Source of the DNA: Candidatus Dormiibacterota bacterium
GTDB taxonomy: Bacteria > Chloroflexota > Dormibacteria > Aeolococcales > Aeolococcaceae
Direction of reading: 5' to 3'
Length of the DNA: 64,000 bases
Assembly: GCA_963716365.1 (NCBI GenBank)
Contig: OY970307.1
Location: 2,832,349 to 2,896,348 of the forward strand
The first letter of the stretch is position 1; the number at the start of each line of letters is the position of its first letter. Made by a program: the position numbers and the translations under genes. This document shows positions 17,891 to 27,532 of the stretch, piece by piece. The notes beneath the pieces are model-generated. The model saw only the letters and a program-made list of their open reading frames with translations, was not told where the DNA came from and searched no databases.

Positions 17891-19191
17891 CCGAGCTCCT
17901 CGCGGCCGCCGACGCGGCAACGTGGCGTGACCGCGACGCCGAGCTGATCTCACCGGCATACCACCGCTACTCGGATCTTGTCGTCGAGAGCGCCGAGGGC
18001 GCGCACCTGCACACGGTGGATGGTCGCGACGTCCTCGACTTCGGTTGCGGCATCGGTGTGACCAACCTTGGTCACCGCCACCCGGCGGTGGTCGCCGCAG
18101 TGCACGAGCAGGTGGATCGGCTGTGGCACACCTCGGTGACCGCGTACCACCCGCAGATGATCGAGGCGGCGGCCGCGCTGGTCTCGGTCACGCCGCCAAG
18201 CCTCGATCAGGTCTTTCTCACCAACAGCGGAGCCGAGGCGGTCGAGGGCGCGATGAAGCTCGCGCGGCGGTCGACGGGACGCAGCGAGATCATCGCCTTC
18301 GTCGGTGGCTTTCACGGGCGCACGTACGGCGCGCTGTCCCTGACAGCGAGCAAGGCGGCGTACCGGCGTGGCATGGGACCGCTGCTTCCCGGCATCCACC
18401 ACATCCGTTACCCGTACTGCTTCCGCTACTGCGCGCACGCGAAAGGCGCTCCGTGCGACCTCGTCGAGCGCGAGTTGCAACTGCTGTTCGCCACGACGGT
18501 CGCGCCGGACACCGTGGCCGCGATCATCGTCGAGCCCGTGCAGGGCGAAGGCGGCTACATCGTGCCGCCTGCGTCGTTCATGCCGATGCTGCGCAAGGTG
18601 TGCGACCAGCACGGCATCCTGCTCGTCGCTGACGAGGTGCAGAGCGGGTTCGGTCGCACTGGTCGCATGTTCGCGGTGGAGCACACCGGCGTCGAGCCCG
18701 ACATCATGTGTCTTGCCAAAGCACTCGGCAACGGGATGCCGATCGCCGCGTTTGTCGCGCGCCACCGTGTGATGCACGCATTTCACGAAGGCGAGCACGG
18801 AACGACATATGGCGGGAACGCTGTCGCATGTGCGGCTGCGGTCGCCGTCATCGCGACGATGACGCGCGAGAAGATTCCGGAGCGCGCCGACCGGCTCGGG
18901 CGAACGGTGGCGGAGCGCGCGCGCGGCTGGCAGGCGGACGTCCCCGCGCTTGGTGACGTGCGCGGTCTCGGCATGATGATCGGCCTCGAGTTCATGCAGG
19001 ACGGCGCCCCGGCCACCGACCTCGTCAACCGGATCGCGGCCAACGCGCTGGCGCGCGGGGTCCTGTTGCTGTCCTGCGGCATCGACGGCAACGTGATCAG
19101 GCTGATCCCGCCACTGACGATTCCCGAAGACGAGCTGCATGCCGGGCTCGACATTCTCGAGGCGGCGATGCGCGAGGAGGTCGCGCGATGA
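17887..19191 (+). CDS. class-III aminotransferase (4-aminobutyrate aminotransferase-like)
   Basis: PLP-fold type I class III: GCGIGVTNLGHRHP, EPVQGEGG, DEVQSGFGRTG, GNGMPIAA (Lys in ALGNG region). Overlaps the downstream ALDH by 4 nt. Confidence 0.85.
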   Translation: MTELLAAADAATWRDRDAELISPAYHRYSDLVVESAEGAHLHTVDGRDVLDFGCGIGVTNLGHRHPAVVAAVHEQVDRLWHTSVTAYHPQMIEAAAALVSVTPPSLDQVFLTNSGAEAVEGAMKLARRSTGRSEIIAFVGGFHGRTYGALSLTASKAAYRRGMGPLLPGIHHIRYPYCFRYCAHAKGAPCDLVERELQLLFATTVAPDTVAAIIVEPVQGEGGYIVPPASFMPMLRKVCDQHGILLVADEVQSGFGRTGRMFAVEHTGVEPDIMCLAKALGNGMPIAAFVARHRVMHAFHEGEHGTTYGGNAVACAAAVAVIATMTREKIPERADRLGRTVAERARGWQADVPALGDVRGLGMMIGLEFMQDGAPATDLVNRIAANALARGVLLLSCGIDGNVIRLIPPLTIPEDELHAGLDILEAAMREEVAR

Positions 19192-20690
19192 CCACCGTCG
19201 GGGAAGCGGTCGAAACAGGCAATCTCATCGGCGGCGCGTACCGGCCGTCGAAAACCGGTCGCACGTTCGAGTCGCGCAACCCAGCGCACACCGCGGACGT
19301 GGTCGGTGTCTTCCCGCTCAGCGATGCCGCCGATGTGGACAGCGCGGTTGCGGTTGCTCGTACGGCGTTCGACAGCTGGCGGCGCACGCCGTGGCCGACT
19401 CGCGCGGCGATCATCCTGCGCGCGTCGGAGCTGCTGGAGGAGCGCAAGGAAGAGATTGCGCGGTTGATGACGCGCGAGATGGGCAAGGTGCTCACCGAAG
19501 CCCGTGGCGACGTGCAGGAAGCAATCGACATGGGCAAGTTCATCGCCGGCGAGGGCCGTCGCGCCTACGGCGAGACCGTGCCGAGCGAACTGCGTGAAAA
19601 GTGGGCGATGACGATGCGCCAGCCCTTCGGTGTCATCGGGTGCATCACGCCGTGGAACTTCCCGATCGCGATTCCCTCGTGGAAGATCTTCCCGGCCGTG
19701 ATGGCGGGCAACACTGTCGTCATCAAGCCCGCCGAGGACACCCCGCTCTGTGCGCTGCGTTTCGTCGAAGTGCTCGAGGCGGCGGGACTTCCGGCCGGGG
19801 TCGTCAACGTTGTCTTCGGCTTCGGCGAGGAAGCCGGGGCAGCGCTCGTCGAGCATCCCGACGTTGCCGCCATCTACTTCACGGGAAGCGTCGCGACAGG
19901 CCGGATCGTGTCCGAGACGTGCGGCCGGCTCCTCAAGAAGTGCTCGCTCGAGCTCGGTGGGAAGAACGCGATCGTCGTGCTCGAGGACGCCGACATCGAG
20001 CTTGCTGTCGATGGTGCGCTGTGGGGTGCCTTCGGGACGTCCGGGCAGCGCTGCACCGCGTCGTCCCGTCTCATCGTCGAACGCGGGGCGCTCGACGGTT
20101 TCACGTCGCGACTCGTCGAACGTGCATCCGCATTGCGCCTCGGTGACGGGCTCAACTCCAAGGTCGACGTCGGTCCGGTCATCAACGAGACCCAGCTCAA
20201 GCGCATCCACTCGTACACCGACATCGGCCGTGGCGAGGGTGCCTCGCTCCTGCTCGGTGGGGAGATCGCGACTGACGGGGACCTCGCCAACGGCTGGTTC
20301 TACCGTCCGACGGTATTCGCCGACGTGCAGTCGACGATGCGGATCGCCCAGGAGGAGATCTTCGGGCCGACGACGGTGATCATGCCCGTGACATCCGTCG
20401 AAGAGGCCATCACCGCCGCGAACTCGACGCAGTACGGGCTCAGCCTCAGCGTGTACACCAACGATCTGCGCACGGCCTTTCACGCCATCCACGAGCTGCA
20501 CTCCGGCATCGTGTACATCAACGCACCGACGATCGGTGCCGAGATCCAGCTGCCGTTTGGCGGCACTCGCAACACGGGCAACGGCCACCGCGAAGCGGGC
20601 GGTCACGTGCTCGACGAGTTCAGCGAGTGGAAGTCCATCTACATCGACTACAGCGGACGCCTGCAGCGCGCTCAGATCGACACGGAGTGA
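19188..20690 (+). CDS. NAD(P)-dependent aldehyde dehydrogenase (succinate-semialdehyde dehydrogenase-like)
   Basis: ALDH superfamily: GCITPWNFP, catalytic ELGGKN / GQRCTASS (Cys), EEIFGP. It is operonic with the aminotransferase, a GABA-shunt-like arrangement. Confidence 0.85.
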   Translation: MTTVGEAVETGNLIGGAYRPSKTGRTFESRNPAHTADVVGVFPLSDAADVDSAVAVARTAFDSWRRTPWPTRAAIILRASELLEERKEEIARLMTREMGKVLTEARGDVQEAIDMGKFIAGEGRRAYGETVPSELREKWAMTMRQPFGVIGCITPWNFPIAIPSWKIFPAVMAGNTVVIKPAEDTPLCALRFVEVLEAAGLPAGVVNVVFGFGEEAGAALVEHPDVAAIYFTGSVATGRIVSETCGRLLKKCSLELGGKNAIVVLEDADIELAVDGALWGAFGTSGQRCTASSRLIVERGALDGFTSRLVERASALRLGDGLNSKVDVGPVINETQLKRIHSYTDIGRGEGASLLLGGEIATDGDLANGWFYRPTVFADVQSTMRIAQEEIFGPTTVIMPVTSVEEAITAANSTQYGLSLSVYTNDLRTAFHAIHELHSGIVYINAPTIGAEIQLPFGGTRNTGNGHREAGGHVLDEFSEWKSIYIDYSGRLQRAQIDTE

Positions 20691-21559
20691 CGGCCAGCGT
20701 GAACGGACTCGACGAGCGGTTCACGAAGCACGAAGGCAGACCGCTGCGTTACCTCACCGGCGGCACCGGCCCAGCGCTCCTCCTCTGTCACGGTTTCATC
20801 GGTTCGGCAGAGAACTTCGCGGACTGGTTCGACGTGCTGCTCACGCGGCGCACGATCATCGCCCCGGATCTCCCGGGGTTCGGGCGATCCGCGCCGCTTG
20901 CCGGCGGCCATACCGCGCCTGCGCTGGCGCGAGCCGCGCTGGCCGCTGCTTCGGATGTGGGCACTGACTCGTTCGATGTCGCGGGTCTGTGTCTCGGGAC
21001 GCCGGTGGCGCTCGCCGTACAGCGCGCGCGTCCCCAGGCGACACAGCGGTTGATCCTGCACACGCCGCTCGTCGCTCCTTCACTGATCCGGCGGCGGTTT
21101 CACCTCCAGGTGGGTTTCATGCTGGCGCCCGTCATCTACCCCGGGATCGTGTGGCTCGGACACAACCGCATAGCGAGCGACATCTACAAGCGCTTCATGG
21201 TCGAAGGCAAGGACGTCGATCCTGTAGCGGCGAAGGCGAACTTCGACAACCAGCTGCTCGCGAACCCGCGCGCCGCGCGTGAATGGCTGCACGACGTGCT
21301 CCATCGTGACGACCTCGCGCAGGTGCGCGGGTCGGGACACTCGACTCTCATCCTCGTCGCCGAGCACGACCGCATCGTCAACGTGCCGCGCCTCGAAGTG
21401 GCGGTGACCGGCGTCCCCGGGATGTCGTTCGATGTGATCCGCCAGGCGGGCCACGCCTGGAGTCCCGAGCTGTCTCGGCGCCAGCGCGAATTGATCGCGG
21501 CGTTTCTCGACGACCTGCCGATCCCTTCGTCGAAAGGAGCCTCGACCGCCGCTGCATAG
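20687..21559 (+). CDS. alpha/beta-fold hydrolase
   Basis: LLLCHGFIGS (HG oxyanion), nucleophile elbow GLCLGT, C-terminal ..GHAW.. His. The GTG start overlaps the ALDH stop. Confidence 0.7.
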   Translation: MTASVNGLDERFTKHEGRPLRYLTGGTGPALLLCHGFIGSAENFADWFDVLLTRRTIIAPDLPGFGRSAPLAGGHTAPALARAALAAASDVGTDSFDVAGLCLGTPVALAVQRARPQATQRLILHTPLVAPSLIRRRFHLQVGFMLAPVIYPGIVWLGHNRIASDIYKRFMVEGKDVDPVAAKANFDNQLLANPRAAREWLHDVLHRDDLAQVRGSGHSTLILVAEHDRIVNVPRLEVAVTGVPGMSFDVIRQAGHAWSPELSRRQRELIAAFLDDLPIPSSKGASTAAA

Positions 21560-21578
21560 CAGCGTGCCCTGCGACCGA

Positions 21579-22625
21579 TCAGGCGAAGGTCGCCGCGGCC
21601 AGTTGCACGGTCACGTTGTGCACGTGTCCCGCAGGGTCGAGCCAGCGCACCGCGACATAGTCGCCTCCCTGGTGTCGCTGGAGCTGATCGCGGAGCGCGA
21701 CCACCGAGTCCACGCCGACGTCGTTGATCCCGACGATGACGTCCTGCGCGGCCATGCCCGCCACCTGCGCGGGCGTCCCTGGCTCCACGGAGACGATCAC
21801 CGCTCCAGGCGGGCTGACGCTGTCGCGCACTTCGATGCCGAGATATGCGCCGTGCCCCTGGAGGATCGCCGGGTTCGGCGTATGCGTGTTGACGTCATGC
21901 ACGATCGACATCACGAGGTTCACGGGGATCGCGTAGGAGATTCCGGACGTCGTCGTCGCACGCTCCTCCGCATTGGCGATGTTCAGCCCGATGAGGTTGC
22001 CGGAGGTGTCGACGAGCGGTCCGCCCGCACCCTCGACCGGGAGCGGGGCGTTGTACTCGATGAGTCCGCTCAGCGTTTCCGCGCCGCCGCCACTGGGGTC
22101 GGTCGTCACCGACGTCTGACCGAGTCCGACGACCGCGCCCTGCGAGTCCACCGGTGCGCGCTGGTCCGAGCCGCCGACCGCTGTCACATGGTCGCCGACC
22201 GTCACGCGTGACGAGTCACCGATGCCCGCGCTCGGGAGTCCTTTTGCGTCCAGCAGCTGGAGCACGGCCACGCCGTCGGCGGGACTGAGCGCGAACGTCG
22301 TGGCGGCGTAATGCGGCCCGCCGCCGCCAACGGTCGCGGCGATGCTGACGGCGCCGTTGACGACGTTGTAGCTCGTGACGACCTCGCCGGAGGAGGACAC
22401 GATCACCCCTGTCCCCGTGACCGTGGCGCCGGTGTCGAGCGTCGTCGTGAGCGCGACGGACCAGTGTCCGGCCGCGACGACCCCGCCCTGCGGTCCAAGC
22501 GTGGTGACGAGGTACCCCGCCGCCGCGCTGATCACGACGAGCAGACCGATCGCTGCCGCGACCATCCTGGTTCTTCCCAGCGAACGCGGCTGGGTGTCGA
22601 CCGTGGCGTCCATGGCGCCTCTCAT
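21579..22625 (-). CDS. trypsin-like serine protease with PDZ domain (HtrA/DegP family)
   Basis: N-terminal TM, catalytic triad context (..GSGVIV..; ..GDSSG..-like GSDQRAP; GGPLVDTSGNLIGLN), and a C-terminal PDZ (..GAVIVSVEPGTPAQVAGMAAQDVIVGIND..). Confidence 0.8.
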   Translation of the reverse strand: MRGAMDATVDTQPRSLGRTRMVAAAIGLLVVISAAAGYLVTTLGPQGGVVAAGHWSVALTTTLDTGATVTGTGVIVSSSGEVVTSYNVVNGAVSIAATVGGGGPHYAATTFALSPADGVAVLQLLDAKGLPSAGIGDSSRVTVGDHVTAVGGSDQRAPVDSQGAVVGLGQTSVTTDPSGGGAETLSGLIEYNAPLPVEGAGGPLVDTSGNLIGLNIANAEERATTTSGISYAIPVNLVMSIVHDVNTHTPNPAILQGHGAYLGIEVRDSVSPPGAVIVSVEPGTPAQVAGMAAQDVIVGINDVGVDSVVALRDQLQRHQGGDYVAVRWLDPAGHVHNVTVQLAAATFA

Positions 22626-22672
22626 CGTGCCACCAGCACGGGAGGCCTGGCCGCGAAAGCCGCCTGGCTACT

Positions 22673-23897
22673 ATGTCGGCGTTGCCTCGAGACGGTCTCT
22701 ACTCGACCCTGTGGCGGACGCCGCCAATCCGGGGGCAGGCGATCCTCGGTCTCTTCGCGCAACTCACCCAGGGAGCCGGGCCGATCAGCCTCGTGCTCGT
22801 CACCCGGGCGTCGACGGGATCGCTCGCGATCGCCGGTGCCGTCACTGCCGCGATGTGGATCGCGGTCGCGGTCGCCCGGCCGCTCCAGGGTCGAACTCAT
22901 CGACGCCCGCGGCACACGGCTCGTGATGCTGCTGTGCGGTCCGTTCCACGCTGCGGCGCTGATCGGGCTCGTCATCGCGGCGCAGGCGCACGCTGGCGCG
23001 TGGGTGCTCATTCTGGCCAGCGTCGTCGCCGGCGTCGCGCTCCCGCCGGTCTCCGCGGTGATGCGCGTCGAATGGGGGATGCGCCTCCCGGCAAATGAAC
23101 GGACCGCCGCGTACAGCCTGGTGTACCTCACCCAGGAGATCGCGATTTTCACGGGACCGTTGCTCGTCGCCGCGCTGATCGCACTCGACTCGGCCGGGCT
23201 CGCGCTCTCGGTGGCGGCCGCGATCAGCGGCGCCGCCTCGATCGCGTTTGGAGCACTCAGCGGTGCAGGCGGGCGGAGCCCGGAGCCTCGCGTCCAAGCT
23301 CCGCGCAGGCCGTCGGCAGCGATGCCGGCGCTGCTCGGGGCGACCTTCCTCGTCGGAGGCATCATCGGCGCGCTCCAGGTCGCCACGCCGGCGCTCGCTC
23401 TCGCCCGCGGCGCTCCGGCGCTCGGCGGTGTCCTCATCGCCGCACTGTCGGTCGGCGGCATCACGGGGGCGCTGATCTATGGAGGGCGGCGCTGGATGTC
23501 CGACCCCTCGGTGCGGCTCCTGAGCCTGCTCTGCGTGATCGGGATCGCCGCCACGCTGCTCGCCGTCGGGCCGCCGCTGCCCGTGGTCGGCGTCGGACTT
23601 GCACTCGTCGGCCTCGGCCTGAACCCGGTGTTCACGACGGCGTCGTTGCTGATCGACCGGCACAGCGGGCCTCGCGCCGCCGAATCCTTTGGCTGGATGT
23701 CGACCGCGGTTGGCGGCGGAACCGCAGTCGGCAGCGCCGCAGCCGGCGCACTGGCTCAGGACAGCGGGGTCCTCTCGGCATACCTCGCCGCAGCCGTGGC
23801 CGCGTACGTCGCCGTGGTCGTTGCGGCACTGGCGCGCGGCCGGCTCGGCCGGGTGCCCGCAGACGGAAGAATGAGCTCGACGGCCTCGCCGCCCTAG
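22673..23897 (+). CDS. MFS transporter (apparent frameshift)
   Basis: The N-terminal MSALPRDGLYSTLW..AVARPLQGR (tool ORF 22673..23098) continues in another frame as LIDARGTRLVMLL... (tool ORF 22311..23897). The junction is at ggtcGAACTCatc (22892-22897). It has 12-TM MFS topology. Confidence 0.7.
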
Positions 23898-24709
23898 TGT
23901 TGTCTTCCGGCATGGCAGAAGAAACGCACACCGTCGACCTCGACGCTGACCGGGCGATCATGGCGTTCGTCCGCGCGTCGAGAAACGTTCGCAACCTGCG
24001 ACGTGTGGGCAAGTTCGCCCTGCTGCTGGCTGAAGGCACGAAGCTCCGCTTTCTCAACTACGCAATCCCGGACGACGGGGCCGACCCATCCCCTGCGGAG
24101 CTCGATGAGCTGGTCGCGGCCTTCAGGGCTGCTGACCGGATGCCCCGTCTCGAGTTTTTGCCATCCATGGCGCCAGCGCTCGAGCGCGGACTCGTCGAGC
24201 ACGGGTTCATGGTGGAGCAGCGCCTGCCGCTCATGACGTGCACGCCGAGCAGCGTCAGCGACCTGGTTGCGCCGTCCGGGACGCTGCTCGCCGAGCCGCA
24301 CGACGATGCAACCTTCGGTGCGATGGCCGTGCTGCAGCACGATGCGTTCGAGGACGCCGAGCCTGTCACCGACGCGACGATCGCCCGGTTGCGCAACAGT
24401 CGCGACCGCGGCGTACGGGCGGTGGTCGCGAACGACGCAGCAGACGGTCGTGTGGTCGGAGCGGCACAGACGGGTGCCCCTGCCGGTGGCGCCACGGAGG
24501 TGTTCGGCGTCGCGGTCGCACCGTCGCACCGCCGCCGGGGCATTGCTGCCGCGATGGTGGCGTCGCTCGCGAACCAGGCATTCGACGCGGGGCTCACCAC
24601 GGTCTTTCTCGAGGCAGCACCGGGCGCGGACGGCGCGTACCGCAACGCGGGATTCCGGCGGACGTCGACGAGCGTGCACATCTCACTCCCGGGTAACGAC
24701 GACGCCTGA
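23897..24709 (+). CDS. GNAT-family N-acetyltransferase
   Basis: C-terminal acetyl-CoA motif ..VFGVAVAPSHRRRGIAAAMV.. (Q/RxxGxG/A). Start ambiguous (23897 or 23912). Confidence 0.65.
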   Translation: MLSSGMAEETHTVDLDADRAIMAFVRASRNVRNLRRVGKFALLLAEGTKLRFLNYAIPDDGADPSPAELDELVAAFRAADRMPRLEFLPSMAPALERGLVEHGFMVEQRLPLMTCTPSSVSDLVAPSGTLLAEPHDDATFGAMAVLQHDAFEDAEPVTDATIARLRNSRDRGVRAVVANDAADGRVVGAAQTGAPAGGATEVFGVAVAPSHRRRGIAAAMVASLANQAFDAGLTTVFLEAAPGADGAYRNAGFRRTSTSVHISLPGNDDA

Positions 24710-24749
24710 CCAGCTCGAGACTCGCGAGCGGCGCTGGCCACCGCCGGCG

Positions 24750-25991
24750 TTGCGGGTGCGGCCTTTCCGCTGGTACTGGGCCGCGCAATGGCCGACGCTG
24801 CTGGGCACCTGGATGCAGGTCGTCGCTCTCGGCTACCTCGTCTATCAGCGGACGGGGAGCACCACGGCGGTCGCGGCTGTTGCAGCCGCCGACGGCATAC
24901 CGTCCGTGATCTTGTCGCTTGCCGGCGGTGTCCTCGCCGACCGTCTGCCTCGGCGACGAATCCTGCTCGTCACGCAGTCGGTGCTCGGCCTCAGTGCCGG
25001 AACGCTGGCGGTACTCGTCGCCACCGGCAACGCGAGCTTCGTCGCGATCCTCATCGTCGCGATCGTCTTCGGCGCCACCGATGCCGCGGACCTGCCGACG
25101 CGCCAGGCGCTCGTCGCCGACCTGGTCGATCGCCACCTCGTGGTGAATGCCGTCGCGCTCGGCGCCACGGCGATGAGCGCCACACGCATCGTCGGGCCGT
25201 CGGTTGCCGGGCTGCTCATCGGTTTCGCCGGTCCGGCGGTGTGCTTTGGTTTCCTCGCTGTCGCGTATCTCGCGCCGATCGCGGTGCTCCTGACGGTGAT
25301 TCCCGATGTCGCACCCCTGCCGAGGATCGCCGGCAACACAGCGTGGGGGGAACTCATCGCGGGCCTGCGCGTCGCCGGCTCGGACCCACTCGTGCGCGGT
25401 GTGGTGATCGTGGCGGCCGTGCTGGCCTTCTGCGGCGTGTCCTACATGCCGTTTCTGCCGGTTCTGGCGAAAACGCAGCTGCATGTCGGGCCAGAGGCGC
25501 TCGGCATCATGTACAGCGTCGGCGGGATCGGCGGCCTGGTCGGCGGCCTTGCGATCGCGTCCATGGGTCGCGGCGCCGGGCGATTGCAGCTGATGCTGGT
25601 CGGAGGAGTCGTCTACGCCGGCAGCCTCTTCGCTGTGGCGCATGGCGTTGTGCTCGCGGTGACGCTCCCGGCGCTGGTCGGCATCAGCTTCGCGTTCGTG
25701 GCGGTGAGCACGTCGATGACCACGCTCCTCCAGACCGATACCGACCCGCGGTTGCGCGGCCGCCTGCTCGGGATCTACGCGACCATATTCGCGGGCCTGC
25801 AGCCGCTCGGCACCGTCGTCTACGGGCTCATTCCTCGATCCATCGGCCTCTTCAACGCGATCGGCGTCGGCGCGCTCCTGGTCGGGGCCACGACGGTGGC
25901 AGTGGTGCTCACGCCGTCGTTCCGGGCGCGGGTGGCGGGCCTCGAGGCGCCCACAGCCGTGCCGGTAGCAGCCCCCGATAGACTGGCCTGA
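24750..25991 (+). CDS. MFS transporter (EntS/MFS_3-like efflux pump)
   Basis: ..RPFRWYWAAQWPTLLGTWMQ.. is typical of the enterobactin-exporter-like MFS family, with 12 TM. Start at TTG 24750 or GTG 24756; the tool ORF starts far upstream in a non-coding-looking region. Confidence 0.75.
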   Translation: MRVRPFRWYWAAQWPTLLGTWMQVVALGYLVYQRTGSTTAVAAVAAADGIPSVILSLAGGVLADRLPRRRILLVTQSVLGLSAGTLAVLVATGNASFVAILIVAIVFGATDAADLPTRQALVADLVDRHLVVNAVALGATAMSATRIVGPSVAGLLIGFAGPAVCFGFLAVAYLAPIAVLLTVIPDVAPLPRIAGNTAWGELIAGLRVAGSDPLVRGVVIVAAVLAFCGVSYMPFLPVLAKTQLHVGPEALGIMYSVGGIGGLVGGLAIASMGRGAGRLQLMLVGGVVYAGSLFAVAHGVVLAVTLPALVGISFAFVAVSTSMTTLLQTDTDPRLRGRLLGIYATIFAGLQPLGTVVYGLIPRSIGLFNAIGVGALLVGATTVAVVLTPSFRARVAGLEAPTAVPVAAPDRLA

Positions 25992-25993
25992 GG

Positions 25994-26947
25994 ATGTTCC
26001 ATGGACGGCGGGGGGTGGTTGCAGTCGTGTGCCTGCTGTTCGTCACCGGCTGCAGTTCGACCAAGGCAACGCCGGCGGCCAAGCCGTCGCCGGTGATCGC
26101 GCGTGTCGCGGGCGACACGATCACGCTGGCGCAGTTCACCACCCGCTACAACAGCGCGCTCGTGAGCATCGAACAGGGCGGTGGTCCGGCGAACAACGCG
26201 ACCCAGACGACGCAGCTCAGGGAGACGATCCTCGGGTCGCTGATCATCGACACCGTCATCCGCGAGGAGGCGACCGCGCTCGGGCTCGAGGCGACGCCGA
26301 AAGAGATCCAGGCACAGGTCACGTCCGACGCTGCCAGTGACGGTGGCATGAGCGCGCTCAAGACCGATCTCGCCGGCGCCGGCGGATCGATCGCGCAGCT
26401 CGAGGATGAGATTGCTTCCGACCTCAATGAACAGCGCCTCGAGGACAACTTCGCCAAAGCCCGGGCGGCGACGGTCGAGCAGATCCTCGCAACCGGGAAG
26501 TTCTCGGCGGCGAAGTTCATCTCCACCGCGGAGACGTACTCCGACGACACCGGCACCAGTGCCAAGGGTGGTGACCTGGGAATTCTCACGAAGGATCAGC
26601 TCACGACCTACGACCCAGCGTTCGCGACCGCTGTCGAAGGGCTTGCGGTCGGTGCGTACACGACAACGCCGGTCCACGACGCGGGCGGCTACGACATCGT
26701 GATGCTGTACTCCGAGTCGGCAAAGGGATTCGGCGTCCGCCACATCCTCGTCTACGCAGGAAATCCGTACGACGTGATGGACCGGCCCAACTGGTTCGCC
26801 GAGTCGCTGTTCAGCCAGATCGCAACGCTCTGCACCAAGAACGAGATCGAGGTGACGCTGACCAACGCGGGTGGCTCGCCGTGTACGCGTGCGCTCGAGA
26901 CCCCGAGCCCGGCCCCGGCAACGCCGAAGGCGACCCCCAAACCGTAG
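25994..26947 (+). CDS. peptidyl-prolyl cis-trans isomerase lipoprotein (SurA-N/parvulin type)
   Basis: Signal peptide + lipobox VTGCSS, a SurA-like N-terminal chaperone region, then a parvulin core (..RHILV.. ..GGDLG..). Confidence 0.7.
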   Translation: MFHGRRGVVAVVCLLFVTGCSSTKATPAAKPSPVIARVAGDTITLAQFTTRYNSALVSIEQGGGPANNATQTTQLRETILGSLIIDTVIREEATALGLEATPKEIQAQVTSDAASDGGMSALKTDLAGAGGSIAQLEDEIASDLNEQRLEDNFAKARAATVEQILATGKFSAAKFISTAETYSDDTGTSAKGGDLGILTKDQLTTYDPAFATAVEGLAVGAYTTTPVHDAGGYDIVMLYSESAKGFGVRHILVYAGNPYDVMDRPNWFAESLFSQIATLCTKNEIEVTLTNAGGSPCTRALETPSPAPATPKATPKP

Positions 26948-26949
26948 CG

Positions 26950-27522
26950 ATGCGTTGCTTTCTTGCCATCCCGCTCGCTGATGCGGGGCTTGCAGCGGCG
27001 CAACGGCTCCAGAGTGCGCTCCGCGAGAACGTCACCGACGTTCGCTGGGCTCGCCCCGAGACGCTGCATCTGACCGTGCACTTCTTCGGCGCCATCGACG
27101 ACGCGCGAGTACCCCAAGCCCTTGCGGCGGTGACCCCGATCGCGAAGCGCACATCGCCGTTCGACGTGGTGCTGGACCGGCTCGGTTCGTTCCCTGCGCG
27201 AGGGACTCCGCGCGTGCTCTGGCTCGGACCCACGGGCGAGATAGGACCACTGAGCACACTCGCGCTGGAGTGCCGCGATGCACTCGCGGCCATCGGCTTC
27301 GAGGTGGAGCATCGTGTGTATCACCCGCATTGCACGCTCGGCAGGCCGCGAACGCCGTGGTCTGATACCGCTCGCGCCGCGTGGGATTCGGCGGTGACTG
27401 CAGTCCCGGATCAGACGGGCATTCGTTTCACCGCAAGGCGACTCGTGCTGTTCGAGTCACACCCCGCGCCCGGCGGCGCCGTGTACACCGAACACTCGGT
27501 GCTGCAGCTCGGTCTGGTCTGA
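26950..27522 (+). CDS. thpR: RNA 2',3'-cyclic phosphodiesterase (ThpR/LigT, 2H family)
   Basis: Two H-x-T/S-x motifs (HLTVHF and HCTLGR). About 190 aa. Starts 3 nt after the PPIase stop. Confidence 0.8.
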   Translation: MRCFLAIPLADAGLAAAQRLQSALRENVTDVRWARPETLHLTVHFFGAIDDARVPQALAAVTPIAKRTSPFDVVLDRLGSFPARGTPRVLWLGPTGEIGPLSTLALECRDALAAIGFEVEHRVYHPHCTLGRPRTPWSDTARAAWDSAVTAVPDQTGIRFTARRLVLFESHPAPGGAVYTEHSVLQLGLV

Positions 27523-27532
27523 GGCCTTCGAT